A DNA stretch of 62,771 nt, counting the filler, from Chiloscyllium plagiosum (Eukaryota), in the NCBI RefSeq assembly GCF_004010195.1. It is 6 parts of one record of this genome, joined end to end, with 100 filler letters (N's around TTAATTAATTAA, not from the genome) between each part and the next. Parts side by side here need not be neighbours in the genome. Positions count along the whole stretch, not along the records: positions 46,377 to 52,254 come from NC_057710.1; positions 52,355 to 62,771 come from NC_057710.1; 4 more parts are not named here. The stretch is one strand, 5' to 3'. The position numbers and the translations under genes were made by a program. Shown here one piece after another: positions 49,831-61,650 of this stretch; position 1 is the stretch's first letter; each line of letters opens with the position of its first letter. The notes under the pieces were generated by a model that saw only the letters and a list, made by a program, of their open reading frames with translations, did no database searches and was not told the DNA's origin.

Positions 49831-50270
49831 TTGTTAGGCTGTGAGACTCAACATTGGTCAGGTCTTGCAATCTACAATCCAGTATCTCTGACAAACCTTC
49901 CCATGACCTTTCCCTGCATTGGGACAAAGGATGTTAGTGGCCAACACAATGGAATAACTTTCTGCTTGGTCCTTCAAAGTCCTGTCACTGCCAGCAGTCT
50001 GGGGCACTGTTGCTGTAGAAAGGTGTCAGTGACATGCTTACCACATTATTAGAATTAGATTTTATTGTCAAGTGTACATAAGTGTAGGAAAAGTGGCAGA
50101 GCTTCCACAGGCAGGTCATGTTATTGACCTTGGACACACTGGGCTTGGAGAATTGGATGCCCAGCAGGATGAGATAAGGGATTGTGCAGTTGTGCAATCA
50201 CTGTCCATGACGTGTGACCTGTGATGTTGGTGACTGATAGGGCTAGATGAATAAGCAGTGAACTGGAGCT

Positions 50271-50400
50271 TCCTGATGAAGGGCTTATGCCCAAAACGTC
50301 AGCTCTCCTGTCCCTCGGATGCTGCCTGACCTGCTGTGCTTTTCCAGCGCCACACTTTTCGACTCTGACTCTCCAGCATCTGTGGTCCTCACTTTCTCTC
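50271..50400 (+). mobile_element. 130-bp Penelope-like family A solo unit with 14-bp degenerate TSD
   Basis: agtgaactggagct (50257-50270) vs aatgaacttgagct (50401-50414); hammerhead core GAAA changed to AAAA. Confidence 0.8.
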
Positions 50401-50796
50401 AATGAACTTGAGCTGCCAGGTGACCACTCTGATGTCGGGAGCTGTCACTGTCTAATTTCTATCCAATCAGTGGGAAACAGGAAACTGCATTTCAGTGCAG
50501 AGAGCTGATGCGATAATGAGGACGATAATAGATGTAGATAGAATTCATGTTGTCATTCAACACTCAGTTGGAAATTGGGACTTTTCACTCTCAAAGGCAA
50601 GAAACTTGTCACTGCTGATCTCATGTGATTCTCCCAACTTTATTAGCAATGCTCATATTATTCAGGGGCTGGGAAGGATTGTACCTTGTGTTCTGAGCTT
50701 GCAAGCATGGTGTGGTTCAGTATGGTTGGTACTCTGCCTATTGTGAACAGCTGAAGGGACATGCTGGTTATATGATCCACTCTTGTAAGGACTAAA

Positions 50797-50868
50797 TCAG
50801 AAGTCACACAACACCAGATTATAGTCCAATAGGTTTTTTTTTAAATCACAAACTTTCAAGATCCTGCT
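50797..50868 (-). mobile_element. Penelope-like family C fragment
   Basis: tcacacaacaccagattatagtccaataggttt matches 35480-35515. Confidence 0.6.
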
Positions 50869-51658
50869 TGCTTCCAATGGGAACAGATTTTAGTGAACTT
50901 TCCAAGCGCTGTGCCTTTTTATGTTAGAGAGCAAAAACATTTGTCAAAAACAGCAAATGATAAACAAAACTTAAAGAAAAGTGTTATCTGCATTTGGAAG
51001 TAAGTTGTTCCATAAAATATAAAATTAAAAATCTCGATTGCAATCTTAGATATCTGATCGTTCACAGAAATTAATCAAACACAAAGCAAAATACCGACTG
51101 AAATATTTCATGCAATTTTAAAGCAGAGCAGAAATGCCACAAGTAAACTGCTACGAACCTTGCAGACATATAACTTTTATAAAGATAGCTGAATTTTCAG
51201 GGATTGACTGAAAGGATTATATAACAAGATTGCAAGTTTCCAAACTTTTATTGTAACAAACTAAAAACAATGTCTATATACAATTCAGCAGGCAACTTTT
51301 ATTCAAACCTCAAGACATCAAATTTCCCAATTAGCATTTAACACAGCCAAAGTTACACTTTATGTGCTCTCTTGAGCGCACATAAAGTACTATGAGGAGC
51401 CATGGAATTCGTGGAAGAGCAGTGGGAGGAAAGGAGGGTGACTGAAGACAGGGAATGGCATGGATGGGGAGGAGGAGATGGCAGGATTCAGGGTTAGGTC
51501 TAATGCTTAGCAACCCAGCTATGACAAGTACTCAGCAGCCCCTCTGTCCACCCGCTGATCTGCATTCGGAGACTGTCCATCCTGCACCCTCTCCCAATGA
51601 GTTATCCTGAGCAACCAGAGTTCTCTCACAGCCAAACCACCCAGACTGATTAAGTAAA

Positions 51659-52254
51659 GCAATGTGGATCCTGGAAATCTGAAACAAAGCCAGAAATTGC
51701 TGGAGAAACTCAGCAGTTTGTGGCAGCATCTGTGGAGAGAAAGCAGAGGCTTACATTTTGAGTCCAGTGATCTTTCTTTAGAACTGGTAGTTTCTAGAAA
51801 AAGGTGGTATACATACTGAAGCCGGGGGATGGGATGGGGGTAATGGAGTGAGTGGATTGGCAGAGGTGGAGGCCAGAGAAAGAGATAATGGCAGTTAGGG
51901 AGACTAAGGCAAGATGATAGTATGCTCAGGAGAACCCAAATCTGATAATGGGAACGATAACTAAGTGAAATTGGGTTGACTGTGTGGAAAGCAGCCCATA
52001 CATGCCTGATTCTGGGGAGTTAGGACAGGCAAAGGATATGGAAGATGATATTCAGGTTCAAAAATTATTGACCTCGCTATTGAACCCTGAGGGCTGCACG
52101 GCCCCCAGGCATGAGTCTTCTCCCCTTCATTATCAGCATTTTGCAGAGAACATTCCCTTCGGGAACCCTGGTCCACTCCTCCTCTGTCTCCCGGCACCTT
52201 CCCACATCCCCCACTGCACCTTCACACACCCTCACGGCACCTCCCCACATCGCC
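51659..52254. mobile_element. Penelope-like family B 3' end with ORF remnants, inverted structure
   Basis: Minus strand: CLGAVQPSGFN (GIY-YIG C-terminus-like), 3' UTR and pLTR; plus strand from ~52115: LSAFCREHSLR linker-like peptide. Confidence 0.7.
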
Positions 52255-52354
52255 NNNNNNNNNNNNNNNNNNNNNNNNNNNNNNNNNNNNNNNNNNNNTT
52301 AATTAATTAANNNNNNNNNNNNNNNNNNNNNNNNNNNNNNNNNNNNNNNNNNNN
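52255..52354. other. Artificial contig spacer
   Basis: N44-TTAATTAATTAA-N44. Confidence 0.97.
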
Positions 52355-53432
52355 TTGGTTGGCTGACAGGAAACAAAGAGTAGTGATAAACAGCTCCATT
52401 TCGGAATGGCAGGCAGCGACCAGTGGGGTACCGCAGGGATCAGTGCTGGGACCGCAGCTTTTTACAATATATGTTAATGATATAGAAGATGGTATTATTA
52501 GTAACATTAGCAAATTTGTTGATGATACAAAGCTGGGTGGCAGGGTGAAATGTGAGGAGGGTGTTAGGAGATTACAAGGTGAACTGGACAGGTTAGGTGA
52601 GTGGACAAATGCATGGTAGATGCAGTTTAATGTGGATAAATGTATGGTTATCCACTTTGGTGGCTAGAACAGGAAGGCAGATTACTACCTCAATGGAATC
52701 AAGTTAGGTAAAGGGGCAGTACAACAAGATCTGGGTGTTCTTGTCCACCAGTCAATGAAGGCAAGCATGCAGGTACAGCAGGTAGTGAAGAAGGCTAATA
52801 GCATGCTGGCCTTCATAACAAGAGGAATTGAGTATAGAAGCGAAGAGGTTCTTCTGCAGCTGTACAGGGCCCTGGTGAGACCGCACCTGGAATACTGTGT
52901 GCAGTTCTGGTCTCCAAATTTGAGGAAAGACATTCTGGCTATTGAGGGAGTGCAGCGTAGGTTCATGAGGTCAATTCCTAGAATGGCGGGACTATCTTAT
53001 GTTGAAAGATTGGAACGGCTGGGCTTGTATACCCTTGAGTTTAGAAGACTGAGAGGGGATCTGATTGAGATGTATAAGATTGTTAAAGGAATGGACACTC
53101 TGGAGGCAGGAAACATGTTTCCGCTGATGGGTGAGTGCTGAACCAGAGGACACAGCTTAAAAATAAGGGGTAGGCCATTTAGGACAGAGATGAGGAGAAA
53201 CTTCTTCAGAGAGTGGTGGGTGTGTGGAATGCTCTGCCCCAGAAGGCAGTGGAGGCCTTGTCTCTGGATTCGTTTAAGAAAGAGTTGGAAAGAGCTCTCA
53301 CGGATAGTGGAATCAAGGGTTATGGAGATAAGGCAGGAACAGGATACTGATTGAGGATGATCAGCCATGATCATAATGAATGGTGGTGCAGGCTCGAAGG
53401 GCAGAATGGCCTACTCCTGCACCTATTGTCTA
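52355..53432 (+). mobile_element. CR1-clade LINE 3' half
   Basis: GVPQGSVLGPQLF, SKFVDDTKLGG, RPHLEYCVQFWSP; in-frame stops. Confidence 0.95.
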
Positions 53433-53565
53433 TATATTTTACTCTCCTTCATTTGTGACTGTGGACTGAAATGGGAAAAGGATTGCTTAAAGCCAAGGAC
53501 TTAGAAAGAGTTGATGCACTTCTATAGGCAAGTTACTGGAACTCATTGTGAGTTGTGTTTACACA

Positions 53566-53630
53566 TATCTGGTCGGCATGGACAGGTTGGACCGAAGGGT
53601 CTGTTTCCACGCTGTACATCTCTATGACTC
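53566..53630 (+). mobile_element. CR1 3' tip
   Basis: Matches 14511-14576. Confidence 0.85.
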
Positions 53631-53952
53631 ACTGACCCTATGCTGTTTGGAAGCAGTGGCGGAAGACAGCTAAGATGGTGTAGCATCAGAGTATGTATGT
53701 AGAGCGAGATTTGGCCAGTAACAGAAAAGGTAAGATTTGACCAGCAACAGTGCTGATTGGCTTTTGTAACTATAACTGGTTGTGGATACCAGAGGTCATC
53801 AGCCTAAGGACAACTCTCTGATTGGCTCCTCAGCAGCTGAACAGCTGGTACATGTGAAAAACACAGAGACAGGAGCTCTTTGTCTGGGCAGTGAGCTAAC
53901 CAAAAATCTGAATAATCGCTAACCATCCTCTTCTACCATTTGCTTTAATCAG

Positions 53953-54555
53953 TGTTCTGGACCAAGCCAGACTGCTCAAAACATTTGAAGAAGGTAGCCC
54001 AGACCCTAACTTATCTAGTTGTTTTAACCAGGTGCAATACAGATATTCCAGGAGGGATGTAGTGGTCAAACCATGCACTTTTAAACACAACACAATTTAT
54101 TTACAAGATTACTGAATGAAACACAGACAAAAGAGAACAATCTGAAAATCCAACAAGTTATATCAACTTAATGATGCAGTTCCCAATATTGGCAACAATA
54201 CCCATAAACACCCCTTGCCACAAAAGGTAAAATCAAACATAGGGTCTTACAGGAGAGAGAGTACCAACCTGGACCTGATTCATTGGGTCCAGCAGCTTTC
54301 TGTTCCCACTACTCTTAAAAACCAAACCAAACCAGAGATAAGCTGAGCTAGGAGAACTGGCCAGCACCCTTTCATTGTGCAGGTGATTTGTTTTCTAACT
54401 TGAAGGCCTTCTGCCTGAGGCAGTATCTGTTAGGTATAAGCAAATTGGCCGTAAAACCTTTCAACCCCAGACTTTTCGGAGTCTGTGTCTTTTATCACCT
54501 CACTGAAAAAAAGCCAAGGACAACATTACCTTGTCAAAGGAGCAGCGTCATCACA
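53953..54555 (-). mobile_element. Solo LTR, probably Gypsy-type
   Basis: TG...CA termini (tgttctggac...gtcatcaca), 4-bp TSD tcag on both sides, minus-strand AATAAA near 54098. Confidence 0.7.
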
Positions 54556-56274
54556 TCAGTGACTATGAAATTATGCAATTAATGTGTAAATGCTATTTTT
54601 TGGCAAAGAGTTGAGGTTCTGGAAACAAAGGGATAAGAGTACAGAAGGAGTTGGTAAACAGAAGGACCACCTTATCAATTGTGTGGGCTGGTGCTATTAA
54701 ACTGTAGAGCACTTTTCCCTCAACGTATACTTTTCTTTTTTGTCTGCTGTGTCTCATTGTCTGGGTGTAGAGAGATTTAAAAGAGTTAGAGTTTCAACTA
54801 GCAGAGTTATGTGTTAACAATCTGTACTTTGTTTACCTGTGCCTAACAAACTTATTTATATCTAATAAAAAGCAATTCTTGTTAAGTATAGGAACCTGGT
54901 CAGTGTTTTCTGTTAATTTGATTCCATCAGACCAGTAAATTAGGGAATTTGAGAAGTTTGGGTACTTTGTTTAAATGATTAAACTTTAGGAGTAATGGCA
55001 CTTGAGAATCAAGACAGTCTTCCAAGTGATTTATGACAATTTATAATCACGCTCACTTCAATATGAGAAGAGTGAATGGTCAACAAAGGCATGGCATTTC
55101 ACAAAGCCATGATCCTAGAGGGTAAATGGAGAACATTAACAGTGCTATAAAGAGAATAATGAGATATAATGGGTTGAATGGAAATGGAGGGGTGTTGGGG
55201 GAAGCTGAAAATTCATCAGGGTTACAAGAACAGTAACATAAAAGGAATCATGAAGGATTGGGAACAGGATCATTGTTCGTCTCAAGTGGAAACTGCAAAT
55301 GCACTCATGAGGACACAAAATTGAAACCTCGCCATCTTTGCACCAAACTGAACTACACAACAAGGAGCCAAGTAGCAGCCACTGCATGCATAACTCTTGG
55401 TGATACCTATTCTTCCCTCTGCAGGTGCTATGCAATTATTTACTTGTGAGGCCCTGCTAGGGGCAAAAGTGCTAATTATGCATCCAGCTAATTGTGTAAT
55501 GCTACCTATCTGCCATCAAATTGCCTTCTACTGAAAGTTTGTTATTTTGACAACTATGATTATGTCAAATTAAGGCTTCAAGTAATTATAACCATTGTGT
55601 ATTTTGCATAAATTGTCCCCCTGTCAAAGCTATGCAGATACATTCTTAAAAGTCTCACTTTACTTTGTGAATACTGAATAACTTGTTATACCTGACAATG
55701 GAACACAATGCTTCAGAGCTGCATCATTCCACACCTAATTATAAGTCTGCAATAGCATGGCCTGCAATGTTAAGGGGTGGCTTTATTTGGCAGTGGGTGC
55801 TGTCAAAATGGAGAAATGCCTGTATTTAGACAAACTAATGGAGGAGGTGTTTTAATAATGCTCTTATAGCTGCATAAAGAGTTAAGAGCTTCTTATTTAG
55901 GCCTGGCATTGTCCTCCTTCTGCAGGCAAGGGCCCAATTACACCACAAGGCCATAACATGTCATTTCCTTGTGACTGATGTGAGAGACCAGGCATACCAT
56001 TCTGATATGCTGTTCTATTTTTCAGATTGAACATAAATTATCTGATCACACATCAGGGATATAACCAGGTCCTGGAGGTTAACCTGCAGTGTTAGTGACC
56101 ATCACATATCAGCCTCAAAGAAGACATTCAGTGGGACACCTTCACCAAACCCAGTAACTTCCAGTAGCTATTGCACAGCCTCCAAAGACAGTGCCAGCAG
56201 CTGCAAATCCCCAAAACCAGTGGAAGAGAAAGACCAAATCCCACATGTGCCAGACACAGTGTCACTTTATTCTT

Positions 56275-56497
56275 TAAAGTTCATTCATGGGATGTGGGCA
56301 TCACTGGCTTGGACTGCAGTTACTGCTCAGAAAGTAGTTGAGAGTCAACCACATTGCTGTCGGCTTGGAATTGCATGCAGATCAGATCAGGTAAAGACAG
56401 TGGTTTCTCTGAACCAAACAGGGTTTGCACGGTTTTCTCTGAACAATCAGCAACAGTTTCATGGTCACCATTTAGCTCTTAATTCTAAGCTTTATTG
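56275..56497 (-). mobile_element. SlmI/MetaSINE-like SINE 3' part
   Basis: ttcattcatgggatgtgggcatcactggc...gagagtcaaccacattgctgt. Confidence 0.7.
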
Positions 56498-56499
56498 AG

Positions 56500-56600
56500 A
56501 TTGAGGTCTTTTTAACTTGCTGCCTAATTCCATGTATTCTGCTTTCAAGACCCAATCCTTTTGTTCACCTATGTTGTTAGTACAACCACCCTCCCCCTGA
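56500..56600 (-). mobile_element. CR1 ORF1 SGNH-esterase remnant; continues at 58426-58490
   Basis: TNNIGEQKDWVLKAEYMELGSKLK here; DSRIIRCFPGARVKDVLEQLQ at 58426-58490. Confidence 0.65.
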
Positions 56601-56610
56601 AGGGGAGGGA

Positions 56611-58425
56611 GTTTCTTTAGATATATAAAGGGCAAAAGAGAGGTAAAAGTGGACATTGAACTGAAAAATGACGCTGAAGAGTTAGGAGTGGAGAATAAGG
56701 AAATGGTTGAGGAACTGAATAATTACTTCGCATCAGTCTTCACAGTGGAAGACATGACTAACTTGCAAAAATTCAAGGGAGAGGTGGTCGGGCTGAGTAT
56801 GGTGGCCATCACCAAGGAGAAGGTCCTAGAAAAGCTAATAGCCTAAAGGTGGATAAATCATCTGGACCAGGTGGACTACACCCAGAGTTCTAGGGGAGAT
56901 AGCTGAAGAGATAGTGGAGACATTTGTGGTAATCTTTCAGGAATCACTAGAATCAGGGAGGGTCCCAGAAGACTGGAAAATCGTTAATGTGACACCCCTG
57001 TTTAAAAAAGGAGTAATGCAAAAGATGGAAAGTAACAGTCTGATTAGCCTAACCTAAGCTGTGGGTAAGATCCTGGAATCCATTGTGAAGGATGAGATTT
57101 CTGAATACTTGGAAGTATTTGGTAAATAGGACAAAGTCAGCATAGTTTCACTGAGGGGAGGTCATCCCTAATAAACCTGCTAGAATTCTTTGAGGGAGTA
57201 ACAAGCAGGTTAGACCAAGGAGAGTCAATGGATGTTATCTAGCTGGACTTTAAGAAGGCCTTTGATGAGGTGCCGCACAGGTAGCTACTGAGTAAGATAA
57301 GGGCCCATGGTGTCAGAGCCAAGGTACTAGCATGGATTGAAGCTTGGCTGTCTGGCAGAAAGCAGAGAGTGGGGATGGAAGGGTCCTTCTCAAGATGGGA
57401 GCCAGTGACAAGTGGTGTTCTGCAAGGCTCAGTATTGAGATCACAACTTTTCACTTTAAACATTAATGATCTAGATGAAGGAACCAAGCGTATTCTGGCT
57501 AGGTTTGCAGATGACATAGATGGGTGGAGGGACAGGTTGCACTGAAGAGGCAAAGAGGCTGCAGAAGGATTTGGACAGGTTAGGAGAGTGAGCAAAGAAG
57601 TGGCAGATGGAGTATGACGTGGGAAAGTGTGAGGTCATGCACTTTGGTAGGAAGAATAGAGGCATGGACTATTTTCTAAATGGAGAGAAAATTCAGAAGA
57701 CTGAAGTGCAAAGAGACTTGAGAGTTCTGGTCCAGGATTCTTTCAAGGTAAACTTGCAGATTGAGTTGGTAGTTAGGAAGGCAAATGCAATGATGGCATT
57801 TATTTTAAGAGGACTCGAATATAAAAGCAAGGATGTACTTCTGAGGCTCTATAAGGCTCTGGTCAGAACACATTTGGAGTATTGTGCACAATTTTGGGCC
57901 CCATATCTCAGGAAAGATGTCCTGGCCTTGGAGCATGTTCAGAGGAGATTCACAAGAATGGTCTCAGGAATGAAAGTCTTAACATACAAGGAATGTTTGA
58001 GTACTTGGGTCTATACTCGATGGAGTTTAGAAGGATGAGGGGGATCTAATTGAAACATACAGAATATGTATGGCCTGGACAGTGTGGATGTTGGGAAGAT
58101 GTTTCCATTGGGAGGACAGACTAGGATCTGAGGGCATATCCTTAGAGTAAAGGGAAGACCTTTTACAACAGAGATAAGGAGAAACGTTTTAGCCAGAAAG
58201 TGGTGAATCTATGGAACTCATTGCCACTGAAGGCTGTGGAGGCCAGGTCATTGAATATATTTAAGACTGAGATAGATAGGTTTTTGATTGTCAAAGGGAT
58301 CAAGGGATAGGGGGAGAAAGTGGGAGAATAGAGTTGAGAAACTTATCAGCCATGATTGAATGGCAGAGCAGACTCAATGAGCTGAATGGCTTAATTTCTG
58401 CTCCTATGTCTTATGGTCTTATGGT
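56611..58425 (+). mobile_element. CR1-clade LINE, 5'-truncated and disabled
   Basis: EELNNYFASVFT, DFKKAFD, RFADD, HLEYCAQFWAP; (tcttatgg)n tail. Confidence 0.95.
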
Positions 58426-58489
58426 CCTGCAGCTGTTCCAAAACATCCTTGACCCTAGCACCTGGGAAGCAACGTATTATCCTGGAGTC

Positions 58490-58668
58490 TGGCAGCAACT
58501 ATGAAGAGAAATCCGAGTTAACGTTACCAGTCCGGTGACCCATCCTCAGAATGGACTCAAAACATTAACTCTGATTTCTCTTCACAAGTGCTGCCAGACC
58601 TGCTAAGTATTTCCAACAATTTCTATGCTTGTTTCTGATTTACAGCATCCACATTTATTTCAGTTTTT
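58490..58668. mobile_element. Penelope-like family B inverted insertion, degenerate
   Basis: Minus arm 58490-58551, plus arm 58553-58668. Confidence 0.65.
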
Positions 58669-58905
58669 ATTCAGGAGTTCTTTTTTGGATTCAGTGAAGA
58701 TTCTCACTGCTCTGCTCTGCTCCCACTGCTATGACTGGGCTCAGAAAAAAATGGATAGTCATCCTATCCTGGTGCCAGTCCATGTCATAGAATTTATATG
58801 GCAGCGGATTGTTCCAAGAGCAACTAGGAACCAATGTAGCATCTCCTAATCCCTGGCCCACAATTGCATCTGGGATGTCACAAATGCCAGGACACAATGA
58901 AGCTC

Positions 58906-59270
58906 AGAGTCCAGAGTGTTGCGCTGGAAAAGCACAGCTGGTCAGGCAGCATGCGAGGAGCGAATGCGGCGGTGGATCCTGTGATGGTCATGAAAGAAGT
59001 CATCTTCCCGGCGATCACTGTGGTGATTGTCTGGACAGTGATCGTGGAGGCGGGATGGTTGGCAATGGCTGCGGTCTGTGGGGCGGAGGGGGTAGAAGTG
59101 ACGTCATCATTTGCCACAGCGGTTATGACTGGATTGGCCACATGGCTAATGGCATCTGACCAGTTCCAGAGAGAACATTCTGGAATGGTTGAAGAAATCT
59201 GTGTATTGAAGTAAATGCATGAAAGTTTGTTTAACTTACGTTCTTTTAGTCCGATATAGTGAACAGAAAG
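58906..59270 (-). mobile_element. Penelope-like pLTR fragment joined to a Thr/Ala-rich ORF remnant
   Basis: 58906-58960 matches family A pLTR; adjacent CpG-rich open frame LKERKLNKL...DDVTSTPSAP is inferred to be PLE N-terminal region. Confidence 0.5.
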
Positions 59271-59424
59271 CATGAAGCTCACTCAGTTTGTTACTCGTGG
59301 AGGTCTGAGAGCCCTGAATGAATAGTCACCCAGTCCTCCATCCATCTACAACAGTTTCTGATCATTTCAAGGTGAGGAACCTATTGTTACCTGCTGCTGG
59401 TTTTGGCCCTCTTGGCTCAGTTTT

Positions 59425-59530
59425 GGCAGATGAAGAGTCACTGGACTCAAAACATAAACTCTGCTTTCTTCTCACAGATGCTGCCAGACCTTCTGAGTTT
59501 CTCCAGCTATTTCTGTTTTTTTTTGTTTCA
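59425..59530 (+). mobile_element. Penelope-like family B solo repeat
   Basis: cagatgaa-gagtc-actg-gactc-aaaac: compensatory stem II variant, decayed core. Confidence 0.7.
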
Positions 59531-59829
59531 TGACAGATTTTTGTCATATACCGTGTAATGACCCAAAGAGAGGGATTGAGTATGATGCAAGTAAATGGGA
59601 GAGTTGTTTGTGATGATGCACGAGCAGGAGAGATATTGAAGTGAGTGAATAGAAAATGCAGAGGACAGGAAAGATCAGTAGCTTGAGAGGATGAGGTGGC
59701 TGGGAGCTTCTGAGTGAACATGCTACATGCAACAGTGAGTTGTAGTTGGACCACGCTACATAAATCTCACTGAATAATTCAGCCCATTATTTTTAAAAAC
59801 TATTGATACCATACATTGAATCTATATAG

Positions 59830-61650
59830 AGGCGCATATGCCATTTATCCTGACTCTCTGCTTTCTAGTGATTAGCTGATTCGCAATCCAAGCTAATATA
59901 TTATCACTAGCCGCATGTGATCTTATCTTGTGTATTAACCACTTATATGGCACATTATCAAATGCCTTATGGCAGTACAGATATACACCGAAAGGACCCC
60001 CATTATCCACACTGCTTGTTACATTTTCAAAGCAAAGTTAAAACAAAGCCAATTACATTGGTAAGATGGGAGATGTGGGTAAATAGTCAAAAAGTTACGG
60101 TAAATAAAGAGCAAAAAACATTTGAGGAAGCAATTAATTTTATTTGGCAAATATACATCCACCAAAACACAAAAACTCGGTGAGAAAGATCTATCAAGGG
60201 CTCACTAGACAAGGTAGGTATCATATTAGATTAATAGAAAAGGCTTATATTGCTGTAAAAGATCACTTTAAGCCTGAAGATTGTTAGAGTTTTAAAAATC
60301 AGCATCAACTTCCCACTAAGGGTTTCCACAGGTGCAGCCCACCTGATCCTCTCACATGAGACCATACTGGGGATGAGTGTGACATGTGGGCTGACAGGAG
60401 ACCCACATTTTACAGGTCCACCAGATTTTACAGGTCCACCTTGCTTTGCGGCCTGTGGGTGGGCTTGTAAAATCCAGTGCATATGAGGATTTGATGGAAT
60501 AGCTTTGTCAAAGGGAAATTATACTTGACAATTTTATTGGAATTCTTTGAAGTTGCAATGAATTGGCTAGATAAGGAAAGTATAAGACTTAATTTCCACA
60601 AGGTATTGAATTAAGTTTGACACAAAAGATTAATAAGGGCTAATGGATTTGGGGCAATCTATTAGCATGGGCAGGAGATACAGGAAGTGAGTATTGGGTA
60701 AGTAGAGTACTTTCAAGCTAATAGGTGTTATCTAGTACAGTGCTACAAGGATTGGTGCTGCAGGCTCAGTGATTTATGATTTACATTATTCACTTAGAGT
60801 TAAGAGGTCACTTCACTAATGATAGGAAGGTAGGTGTGCCTATTCAGAGGCAGCATGGAATGTCCATCGGCACAATAGAGGCCTTTAGAGACCACTGGGC
60901 ACTACAGGAGCTGGAGTGCATCATCACCTCGGATAATGCTATTTTCATTTAGTAGGTTTCCATTTATCTTTTAGAAGTTTCTATTAACCGTTAGTTTGCA
61001 TTTTTTTACAGTGCCCTATTGAGGGATACTTAGTTGTTAAAATAATAGAGTAAAAGTGTAGGTGGGGTTATGAGCTGTGAAGAGGTAGCAAAGGGATATG
61101 GACAAGGTAAATAAGTGGGTCACATGATGGCAGATGAAGTATTATGTGATAAATTGTTAGGTTAATCCCTTCGTTGGTAAGAAGAGGCAAACAGGATATT
61201 ATTTAAAAGGTGTGCAACTTCTAAATATAATACATCTGAGAAGGGAAGTGCCGATATAGAATCAATTACTTGGGAATGAACTATGCGATCAGAGGCTAAG
61301 AGAGGGGGAGATATGGACAATATGACCATGCGCTTTAAGATTATAATAGTGAATTACACAATAATAACAAAAACAGTTGTTACATTGGAGTAAAACTGAT
61401 TATGAGGAGCTGAGAATAGAACTTCAGGAAACAAAATGGGCAACTGTATTGGCAAACAACAATTTAGAAGACTGTTGGGCCTATGGAATGTCGCCGGTCA
61501 AAAAAACCTTGGAGTGCAGGTTCGTAGCTACTTGAAAGTGGAGTCACAGGTAGACAGACTGATGAAGAAAGCATTTGGTATGCTTGCCTTTATTGTTCAG
61601 TGCATTGAGTACAGGAGTTGGAAGATCATCTTGCAGCTATACAGGATATA
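59830..61650. mobile_element. Highly degenerate CR1 remnants
   Basis: - 59830-60020 (HKAFDNVPYKWLIHKIRSH); + 60490-61250 and 61508-61650. Confidence 0.6.
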
